Shown piece by piece: positions 1 through 7,486 of a stretch of DNA of 28,228 nt. Below the pieces are notes generated by a model. That model worked only from the letters and a program-made list of their open reading frames with translations. It had not been told where the DNA came from and ran no database searches. Source of the stretch: an uncultured bacterium (GTDB lineage: Bacteria > UBP7 > UBA6624); assembly GCA_964012435.1 (NCBI GenBank), contig CAXGSM010000015.1, positions 1 to 28,228 of the forward strand. Reading direction: 5' to 3'. Each line of letters starts with the position of its first letter. Within the stretch, counting starts at the first letter, position 1. Both the position numbers and the translations under genes were made by a program.

Positions 1-206
1 TCCTCTCGATCCCAATTGCCTCTTTCCATCATCTCTCTGCGACCCATTTCAACTTCACGCCAATCTTCCATCCCTTCTTCATTCCAGTCATTTCCTTCTT
101 GTCTTGTCATTTGAACCATTTGCATCCTGCTCTCTTCTTCTGGTTCTGATGTGAGTAAAACTAAAATGATTAAAACAGCTGTAAGCCATATGTATTTAGT
201 GTTCAT
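1..206 (-). CDS. Hypothetical protein, truncated at the window edge; N-terminal hydrophobic signal/TM segment followed by a Met/Glu/Arg-rich region
   Basis: Not in the ORF track. ATG at 206-204 with AGGGGG SD at 220-215. Translates MNTKYIWLTAVLIILVLLTSEPEEESRMQMVQMTRQEGNDWNEEGMEDWREVEMGRREMMERGNWDRE... and stays open to the edge. Confidence 0.75.
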   Translation of the reverse strand, partial: MNTKYIWLTAVLIILVLLTSEPEEESRMQMVQMTRQEGNDWNEEGMEDWREVEMGRREMMERGNWDRE

Positions 207-220
207 TGATAAAACCCCCT

Positions 221-261
221 TAATTCAATTGATTGAATTATATTAAAATTTTAACTATAAT
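221..261 (+). promoter_or_regulatory. sigma70-type promoter for the WD40 operon, overlapped by a 9-2-9 inverted repeat and by a divergent -10 box
   Basis: TTGAAT (233-238), 17-nt spacer, TATAAT (256-261). Inverted repeat TAATTCAAT-TG-ATTGAATTA at 221-240. Minus-strand TATAAT at 242-237. Confidence 0.65.
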
Positions 262-294
262 GAATGGTTCTCATTATTTGAGCCAGTGTGATTT

Positions 295-2895
295 ATGAAG
301 TCTTTTAAACTGGTCGAACATTTAGCAGAAGCTGCTTGTGTTGCAGCTCATCCGAACGGAAAGATTTACGCGACAGGTGGTTTAGATGATCGTGTTTTGA
401 TATGGGATTATTCAACAGGTTCAAGAAAGAAAGTCATTAGAGGTTTTGGAGGCATGGTCTTATCCTTGTCCTTTCATGAAGATGGCTCTCTTTTTGTTGG
501 GGGAAATGGTTCCATTTTGCGTGTTGATGTTGAAACCGGAGAAACATTAAGCAAATTAGTTGGTTTTAAAGGTTTTGTCTATTCTCTATCTGTTTTTTCT
601 GATTTTTTGGTTTCTGGAGGGCAGGATGGCAGAGTCAGATGTTGGGGTTTGGATGGTGAGATTATTTGGGAAAGGCAAATAGATATAGGAAGCGTGCATG
701 GTTTAGAAAAATTGCCAGATTCTTCTCTTTTGGTAGTTGGTGAAAGGCCTAATTTTCATGTTTTAGACATAAGAGGTAATTTGATTTCAGAAATACCTGC
801 ACATAGAGACAGCATATCATCTTTAGCTATTCATAAAGGTGGATTTTTAATAGCTACAGGATCAGATGATGGCTCTGTTTCTATATGGAGAAATGGAGAT
901 TGGACGCTCTTGAAACATTTCAATTGTGAAGCCCCCATAACATCTTTGTCTTTCTCTCCAAAACATTCACTTTTAGCTGTTGGAAGAAAATATGAAAATG
1001 CAATTTTGTTAGATTGGAATAAGAGAAAAAAATATTTATCAAACATTTCAAAAAGTGAAGGAGTGACTTCTTTCGAATGGTCTTTAAATGGCGCTGCTTT
1101 GTTTGGCACACTTGCAAATGGCACAGTTTTAGGTTGGGGCAAAAAACCAAAAGCAAACAAAGCAGTTAAGAAAGTTAAAAAAATAAAAACTAAAAAGATT
1201 GAGCTGTTAGCTGAAAAAATAGATAAAGAAGAAATGAAGGGTTTTGCAGGGCAACTTAAAGACAATAAATTTTTTAAAAACAGATATTTTCAAATTTTTA
1301 TGGCCATAACCATTTTATTAGTGTTTTCACTTTTGTTAAAGGATTCAGACATGCCTCCAAAAAGCAAAATAAGAGAAGCAAGATCTTACATTGAAGAAGA
1401 AAGCTGGGTAAGGGCTTCGTCATTGTTGATCGAGTTAAATCAAGAATGGCCAGAAAGCGCAGACGTTTCAAACTTGCTTGCAAGTTACGAACAGGACGCT
1501 TTCGTTTCATTGAAGAGAAAGATTCAATCTTTATTTGATTCAGGAAATTTCAAAGATTCAATTTTGGAATTGAAAAAAATACCTCTCAAGCCAGATTTGC
1601 CATGGGTGTCTTCATTGTTGAAAAAATCTTACGAAATGAGGCTTAGTGAAATAAAAGAATTAACAAAAATAGATATCTATATTGACCCTTATCTTGATTA
1701 TGATGATGATTTTTTAAGCGAGGTCTCCTCTATTGTGAATGGCTTGAAAGTAAAGAAGCCGGATTGGCTCTTTGATGCAGAAGAGCTTTTTGAATTTTCT
1801 GAAAAGATACCATTCGGAAGTTCATTTAGTGATAGTTTGAATTATTTCTTGAAGAATTCAAAGCCTGAAGAAACACGTTATTTTGCAGAAAAAACTTTTT
1901 CTTCAATGTATTTAAAGCAAGAAGATCGAACTTTGATTTTTTCACATCTTTATGAAATCTCTAAGGGTGACAACCTCCCCATATACAGTTTTGATTTAAA
2001 GGAACAGGTTTACTCATTGTCTCAAATTGACTGTAGGCTTGGCGAGGAGTGCATTTATCCCGATGGTTTTGCTTTATTGTTAGGCTTTAAGGAAGATGTT
2101 CGCGTATTTGGTGCAAAAGAGTCACCAATTAACCTTTCAAGCTTTCACATGAATAACAACAAATCGCCAGTAAAAAAGGTAAATTGGAGTGATCATTCTT
2201 TCTGGGCCTCTTCAGAAGGAGCATGGAAAAATGGTGAAAAAATAGTTTCAAGCAAAAGATATTTTGACACTTTTGATCTTGCAAATGGTGGTTTTGGTGT
2301 TTTTCATGAGAGGGAAACAAGATCTCTTCAGGTTCTTATGAATTATGGTTCTACTAAGTTTGTTTGGGATGGGCTTGAATCAAGACAGATTAAGTTGAGT
2401 ATAAATAATAATGAGCATATTGCTATTGGTTACAATTTTGGTCCTAATAATTCTCTTGTTTCGCTTTACAAGGTAATGAGAGGAGAAACTATGGGCTTGT
2501 CTGCTGTAGGAAATCTGACAATCAATCAACCAATCATAGATGTTTTAATTAGCGATTTTGGAACTATTTTTGCATTTGATCAAAACGGTCAAATATGGAT
2601 GGGCAATGCATCTGAGGATTTCCCAAAAGCAAAAAAGATGTTATCGGATCCAAAATCTATAAAGCTTGGAAGTGTTGCTATGAGTGATCATGGCGGTTTT
2701 GCTTTTGCAACTGAGTTCACCGACGAGATATTTATTTTTAACTCAGCCGGTGTTCAGTTATCGAAAATAAATTGGGATCCTTCCTTCGGTAAGATTTGGA
2801 CATTGGATTTTTTTGATTATTCAGGTGTTGAAATGCTTATTGTCGCTTCAGAGAAAAATTTGGTTTTTTTAAATATGAAAGAGAAGAATGAATAA
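295..2895 (+). CDS. WD40-repeat single-pass membrane protein: N-terminal WD40 propeller, Lys-rich linker, TM helix, helical region, C-terminal beta-propeller-like domain
   Basis: WD-type blades ATGGLDDRVLIWD, VSGGQDGRVRCWG, AHRDSISSLA...ATGSDDGSVSIWR, GTLANGTVLGWG in aa 1-282. Hydrophobic YFQIFMAITILLVFSLLL at aa 331-348. Beta-rich C-terminus. Confidence 0.8.
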   Translation: MKSFKLVEHLAEAACVAAHPNGKIYATGGLDDRVLIWDYSTGSRKKVIRGFGGMVLSLSFHEDGSLFVGGNGSILRVDVETGETLSKLVGFKGFVYSLSVFSDFLVSGGQDGRVRCWGLDGEIIWERQIDIGSVHGLEKLPDSSLLVVGERPNFHVLDIRGNLISEIPAHRDSISSLAIHKGGFLIATGSDDGSVSIWRNGDWTLLKHFNCEAPITSLSFSPKHSLLAVGRKYENAILLDWNKRKKYLSNISKSEGVTSFEWSLNGAALFGTLANGTVLGWGKKPKANKAVKKVKKIKTKKIELLAEKIDKEEMKGFAGQLKDNKFFKNRYFQIFMAITILLVFSLLLKDSDMPPKSKIREARSYIEEESWVRASSLLIELNQEWPESADVSNLLASYEQDAFVSLKRKIQSLFDSGNFKDSILELKKIPLKPDLPWVSSLLKKSYEMRLSEIKELTKIDIYIDPYLDYDDDFLSEVSSIVNGLKVKKPDWLFDAEELFEFSEKIPFGSSFSDSLNYFLKNSKPEETRYFAEKTFSSMYLKQEDRTLIFSHLYEISKGDNLPIYSFDLKEQVYSLSQIDCRLGEECIYPDGFALLLGFKEDVRVFGAKESPINLSSFHMNNNKSPVKKVNWSDHSFWASSEGAWKNGEKIVSSKRYFDTFDLANGGFGVFHERETRSLQVLMNYGSTKFVWDGLESRQIKLSINNNEHIAIGYNFGPNNSLVSLYKVMRGETMGLSAVGNLTINQPIIDVLISDFGTIFAFDQNGQIWMGNASEDFPKAKKMLSDPKSIKLGSVAMSDHGGFAFATEFTDEIFIFNSAGVQLSKINWDPSFGKIWTLDFFDYSGVEMLIVASEKNLVFLNMKEKNE

Positions 2896-4240
2896 CGAAA
2901 AAAGAATACCATGCCCTTATTGTGGAGAGATGATTCTTCAGAACGCTTACAAGTGTCGTTTTTGCGGTTCTTGGCTTGTGGAAGGTGGTAGGGAATCTGT
3001 AGACAAGGCAATGTGGGCAGATGAGCAGAGGGAAAAATGTGAAGAACTTTTAGACAATGGCAGCTGGGATGATTGTTACAGCCAGGTTTTAAAAGTTCTT
3101 GAAAAGGCACCATCTATACAATGGGCCCAGGAAATTTTAACGAAGTTAAAAAAAGAAAAAACAGAAGAATTGTTGCAAAAGATAGATAAAGCGAAGATTT
3201 CAAAACCTGAAAAAGCAAAAGAGCTAGCTCTTGAAATATTATCTATTGACAGTTCTAACTCATGGGCAAAACAGTATCTAGAAGATTTGAGCCTAAGCGA
3301 AAAGAAAGAAAAAAAGAAAACCTACAAAAGGGACATCAGGAATGCTTTAAAAGGTAAGAAGTACTTAAAGACCATTGCGTTGTGCAATCAGGCTGTTTCT
3401 GAAAATCTAGGTGGATCCTGGGTAAATGACGCTCTTGTAGAGGTTGGTGAATCGCCTAGGGCTTTTTCTAATTTTTCAGGACTAACTGCAGCAGTTCACT
3501 TTTCAGGTTTTTGGATTGTAGGAAAGGTTAATGGTGATATTGCTGTTTTGGATGTGCATGAAAAACAAATAAGCGAATCAAATATTTTAGATTTTCATAA
3601 AAAGAAAATAATCGCACTTGTTTCAAGCACGAGTTTTTTATTTGGGGTATCCTCAGATGGTTTTGTTTCAAAATGGGATAAGAGCCTGAATCTTGTTTCA
3701 GATTTTAAATTGAATGTAAGGCCCGTCTGTGCAGATCTGAAAAATGATAAACTTTTAATAGGTTCTCTAGAGGGTTCCGTGATTGTGGTAAAAGATGACA
3801 AGCCCGTTACTATTTTTGAAGAAAAAAATGGTATCAGTATTGTTTTTTACGGAAAGGAAAAGATTCACCTTGTTGACCTTTATGGGAACCTGCTAGTGCT
3901 TGATGCTAAAAATGATAATTTCAAATCCAGAAAGAAAAAAGATTTAAACTATGCGGGTTTAAGCTTTTCAAATACATCGTTTTCGACTGTTGACGGAAGT
4001 ATTTATTTTGGAGACAAAAACTTTAAAAAGATTACTTTAAGAAGCTCTGTCCTGGATTTGTTAAATATAGGTGAAAATTATTTGGCAGCGGGTCATTTTG
4101 GCTTAAAGGTAATTGGTAAAAATGATCAAGATTTAGCTTCACGTTCAACACTCATGATAGCTTTTAATGGTAGTGATTTTCTTTGCTATAAAGGCGATAA
4201 TGCACTTGAGTTATGGTCAGCTTCTCGCTGGCTTAATTAA
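2888..4240 (+). CDS. Zinc-ribbon / TPR-like / WD40-like repeat protein
   Basis: N-terminal CPYCGE...KCRFCG double CxxC. Repeated helical units ending VLEKAPSIQWA, ILSIDSSNSWA, ENLGGSWV. WD-like blades FHKKKIIAL...GVSSDGFVSKWD and LLIGSLEGSV. 8-nt overlap with the upstream gene. Confidence 0.75.
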   Translation: MNNEKRIPCPYCGEMILQNAYKCRFCGSWLVEGGRESVDKAMWADEQREKCEELLDNGSWDDCYSQVLKVLEKAPSIQWAQEILTKLKKEKTEELLQKIDKAKISKPEKAKELALEILSIDSSNSWAKQYLEDLSLSEKKEKKKTYKRDIRNALKGKKYLKTIALCNQAVSENLGGSWVNDALVEVGESPRAFSNFSGLTAAVHFSGFWIVGKVNGDIAVLDVHEKQISESNILDFHKKKIIALVSSTSFLFGVSSDGFVSKWDKSLNLVSDFKLNVRPVCADLKNDKLLIGSLEGSVIVVKDDKPVTIFEEKNGISIVFYGKEKIHLVDLYGNLLVLDAKNDNFKSRKKKDLNYAGLSFSNTSFSTVDGSIYFGDKNFKKITLRSSVLDLLNIGENYLAAGHFGLKVIGKNDQDLASRSTLMIAFNGSDFLCYKGDNALELWSASRWLN

Positions 4241-5194
4241 TTTTTTTATTTCAGCTTCTATTTCCGGGTAAAGCTCTATTGCAAATTCGATTAATGTTTT
4301 TTTTATATTTGTTCCAGGAATAGTTAATTCTTCATTCTGGAACAGTTTTATTTTCTTGTTTTTTATAGCTTTGATGTTTTTTAATTTTTGGTAAGGGTAA
4401 AAAAAACTATCATCATCACAACATAAATCCTGACTGTCATTTTTTTCTCCAAATTCCCATATTTCATCCGGATTTATTGCAATAAGGCTTTCAGCTCCTA
4501 TGTTTGGCCAGTAAGGATTCAACGATCCCTCTTGATTTTTTATTGCATTTTTTACACCTAGTTTTTCAATAATTTCTGAAAGAAAAGTTTCTTTTCCGGC
4601 TGCTAGCATGTTTGTTGTTTCTCCAGGCTTTCTTGAAATTATCATGATTATTCTTTTTTCATCTTGGCAATATTCAAACTCTAGCAATTTGCAATTTGTA
4701 TTTGTTGATATCAATTCCCTTAACGACTCGATAAGTTTCGTTATTTCTGCCAAATGTTTTTCGGCTTCAGATTTTTTATTGAATTCATTGCCTATTATGT
4801 GAATTGTTTGAAAGTAATCTCCAAGGCTTTCAGATGGATTTAATATCCATTTTGCATTCATGAAATCCAGTCTTTCTTTTATTTTTGAATGGCTTGTTAG
4901 GCCAACCATATGGGTTGGCTTGATGGTTGTTATTAATTCATAATTTGGATCAATAAAACCTCCAATATCTAAAAATCTTGAATCTTTTTTTGAAAATGAA
5001 TCTACTGCAGCAATGTGTTCTGACAAGCCAAACTCTATAAGGATGCTTGTCAGTGATGGCGCTAAAGATATTATCTTCCATTCTTCAGCTATGTTTTCTT
5101 GAGGCTCTTCCTGAAATGTTTCTTTACAGGAGGTGAAAATTAATAATGTTAAAACATGTAAAGCATATATCAGCTTTTTAATGCCCACCACCAC
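4217..5194 (-). CDS. btuF: ABC transporter substrate-binding lipoprotein, BtuF/helical-backbone family (probably cobalamin-binding)
   Basis: Lipobox FTSC. Family motifs IISLAPSLT, IGGFIDPNYELI..IKP, AAGKETFLSEIIEKLGVKNA, WPNIGAESLIAINPDEI. Second gene downstream of a cobalamin riboswitch. Start uncertain (GTG at 5194/5191/5188, or ATT at 5182). Confidence 0.75.
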   Translation of the reverse strand: MVVGIKKLIYALHVLTLLIFTSCKETFQEEPQENIAEEWKIISLAPSLTSILIEFGLSEHIAAVDSFSKKDSRFLDIGGFIDPNYELITTIKPTHMVGLTSHSKIKERLDFMNAKWILNPSESLGDYFQTIHIIGNEFNKKSEAEKHLAEITKLIESLRELISTNTNCKLLEFEYCQDEKRIIMIISRKPGETTNMLAAGKETFLSEIIEKLGVKNAIKNQEGSLNPYWPNIGAESLIAINPDEIWEFGEKNDSQDLCCDDDSFFYPYQKLKNIKAIKNKKIKLFQNEELTIPGTNIKKTLIEFAIELYPEIEAEIKKLIKPARS

Positions 5195-6311
5195 CGAACA
5201 TCGGATCGCCTAGCCAGAAGAGCAATTGAGCTGCGTTTCCTGAAGACTTGACCAATTGTTCATCTGTGCAGAATAAACCACAATCAGAGATAGAGTAAAG
5301 TCCTTCATTGCCTATGAGCCACAAAGTTTCATTCTTGAAGGCTATCCTATTGTGCCAAGGTGTTGATTTTTGATGTATTACCTCTGCTTGGTTATTGTTT
5401 ACATTTACTTTTGACACCCATGTTTGACTCCAATCAGCAGCAGTAACGGTCACAAATATGTTTTCATCGTTTTTTATCGTTATGCCCCCAATGTCTCCTC
5501 CAAACAATGATTCATCAGCAATTTTTTGGATAGAGTGATCAGCATACTTCATTTTTATTATTGAATCATCATTCCCGCCATCATAATTTCCAACGCAAGA
5601 AAAATATAAATAATCCCCAGAGGGATTTTCTGAAGCATCAACCGGATTGAAGCAATCAGTCAATGTTATTATTTCTGATATTGAATTTGTACTTGCATCT
5701 AAGACGGCTAGCTTTCCTTCACTAACCGGACTCCAAGAACCTGCTGTGTCAAGACATTGCATAGAGATGTAAATTTTGTTATCTTTCATGAATATCTGAT
5801 CCATTTCTGGTTTTCCGTCACCCTGAGCACAATCGTTAAGATCTCCATTTGAAAGATTAATTTGTCCCACTTCTTGACCATCTGTTGAATCAAGCATAAG
5901 CAGAGATTCATTTTCATATTGTGTTATATAGATAATTTCATTGCTAAGCCATACATCGTGTGGGTTTGGATTGTTTTCTAGTATCCATCTTGAAATTATG
6001 CGGGGTGATCCATTGTCTGAAAATCTGACTTTTGAGACTGAATGATTAACCCTATCTAAAAACCAAGCTTCATCTTCTTGAAAAGATCTAGCCACAGTGT
6101 CAGCGCTAAAGGTATCATTTATATCGAGATACTCAGAACTTTCAAGCCAGTTTCCCTGTTCTGTGTTTATAGAAAAATTAGTTTCATTCAGGCTCCAATC
6201 ATTTGTTAAAAGAATCAAATTTGCCCTATTGGAATTTTCAGGTGTTTGTGCTGAACATGAGCAGAAAACAAGAATGACTAATAATATTTTTACTTTGATA
6301 AAATTTTTCAT
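5178..6311 (-). CDS. YncE/BtuG-like beta-propeller lipoprotein, putative cobalamin capture protein
   Basis: ATG at 6311 with GGAGG SD at 6324-6320. Lipobox-like VFCSC. Propeller motifs NPNPHDVW, IYITQY, GKLAVLDASTNSI, LYFSCVGNY. First gene under the riboswitch. Confidence 0.7.
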   Translation of the reverse strand: MKNFIKVKILLVILVFCSCSAQTPENSNRANLILLTNDWSLNETNFSINTEQGNWLESSEYLDINDTFSADTVARSFQEDEAWFLDRVNHSVSKVRFSDNGSPRIISRWILENNPNPHDVWLSNEIIYITQYENESLLMLDSTDGQEVGQINLSNGDLNDCAQGDGKPEMDQIFMKDNKIYISMQCLDTAGSWSPVSEGKLAVLDASTNSISEIITLTDCFNPVDASENPSGDYLYFSCVGNYDGGNDDSIIKMKYADHSIQKIADESLFGGDIGGITIKNDENIFVTVTAADWSQTWVSKVNVNNNQAEVIHQKSTPWHNRIAFKNETLWLIGNEGLYSISDCGLFCTDEQLVKSSGNAAQLLFWLGDPMFGGGGH

Positions 6312-6315
6312 CAAT

Positions 6316-6502
6316 ATTACCTCCCGTAATTTTTAAATTCAGGCAGGTCTCCCGACTGCTGGCGTTTAGAGCTGTCTTGCCTTCCCATTTTTTAAAACAG
6401 TGGTAAGACTTTTTTGTGCCAGTTACGGTGGCGGGGGCCGTAATTGATTCTCACAATTTTCCCTTTTTAAGGTATAACCCGCTAGGGTTAAAACCACCTA
6501 AT
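6316..6502 (-). promoter_or_regulatory. Cobalamin (B12) riboswitch
   Basis: Minus strand has the conserved elements in order: AGGT, hairpin TAACCC-TAGC-GGGTTA, TTAAAAAGGGAA, GTGAGAATC, CGGCCCCCGCCACCGTAA, CCACTG...TGGGAAGG, and B12 box AGTCGGGAGACCTGCC, followed by an SD-containing hairpin at 6330-6316. Confidence 0.92.
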
Positions 6503-6508
6503 AACTTT

Positions 6509-6537
6509 AGTGTATCACATTAAATCTCGATTATGAT
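6509..6537. promoter_or_regulatory. Back-to-back promoter elements for the riboswitch operon (-) and the tRNA cluster (+)
   Basis: Minus-strand extended -10 TG-A-TACACT at 6517-6509, just upstream of the riboswitch. Plus-strand TATGAT at 6532-6537, upstream of tRNA-Ile2. Confidence 0.4.
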
Positions 6538-6553
6538 AGGATACTCAAATCAT

Positions 6554-6626
<73 letters not shown>

Positions 6627-6638
6627 TGCTGAGAAAGC

Positions 6639-6715
6639 GGGGGGATAGCTCAGCTGGATAGAGCGCCTGTCTTACAAACAGGAGGTCGGGGGTTCAAGTC
6701 CCTCTCTCCCCACCA
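6639..6715 (+). tRNA. tRNA-Val(UAC)
   Basis: Acceptor GGGGGGA/TCTCCCC, anticodon arm CCTGT-CT-TAC-AA-ACAGG, GGTTCAAGTCC T-arm, encoded ACCA end. Confidence 0.96.
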
Positions 6716-6730
6716 TAAGGAGTATTGTTT

Positions 6731-7486
6731 ATGTTTAGTTTAGATTTTGTTCTAAAAGAAAAAGAGTTGGAGGCCTTAAAGAGCATCCAAGAGAAAACTT
6801 TAGAGATTCAGTCTTTAGAGGAAGAGAAACAGGAGAAAGCTGTTGAGTTCAGGCTAGCTCAAAGGAGAAGATCTGCACGAGATGAAGAGCAGAGATTAAA
6901 GAGAAGGGAAGAGGTTTACAACAGGGTTAAAAAAGAATTAATGGAAGCTGAATCTGAATTGCAAATGATAGTCCAGGATATCGAAAGACTCGAAAGTATG
7001 TCTTCTGAAGATATCTCGCATAGAGTTGCTCAGGAGTTGGCTGAATCTCTGATTCAAAAACGAGAAGAAAAGGATGACAAGGAAAAAGATTTTGCTGGAA
7101 GGTCCATTCAAATTGAGAATCTTGAAAAGTCTATTAGGGACAATAGAGAAAGATTAGCAAACATTGAAGAAGCTGTAGCAAACAGAGAAAAAGAATTCAA
7201 TGATATAGTTGACCAAAAAGACGAAAGTATTAAAAATATCAGTAAAGAAATTGAAGATTCTTGTTCAGATTTAGATGAAAAGGTTGTTGCTAGATTTATA
7301 GATTTGGCAAAAAGGTCAAAAGGTCTGGTTATGACTGAGGCAAGGAAAGATAAAGATTTTGAAGACAATACTGTGTTCATATGTGCTGCATGTAATTCCG
7401 CATTACCTTCTTTATGCTTAGAGGAACTCGAGCAAAAGAATTGTATTTGCGTTTGTCCAAATTGTGGGAGATGGATAACTAATTGA
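6731..7486 (+). CDS. Coiled-coil protein with C-terminal C4 zinc ribbon (CT398/HP0958/DUF164-like)
   Basis: ATG at 6731 with AAGGAG SD at 6717-6722. Long Glu/Lys heptad-rich helix. C-terminal CAAC...CPNCGRWI. Confidence 0.8.
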   Translation: MFSLDFVLKEKELEALKSIQEKTLEIQSLEEEKQEKAVEFRLAQRRRSARDEEQRLKRREEVYNRVKKELMEAESELQMIVQDIERLESMSSEDISHRVAQELAESLIQKREEKDDKEKDFAGRSIQIENLEKSIRDNRERLANIEEAVANREKEFNDIVDQKDESIKNISKEIEDSCSDLDEKVVARFIDLAKRSKGLVMTEARKDKDFEDNTVFICAACNSALPSLCLEELEQKNCICVCPNCGRWITN

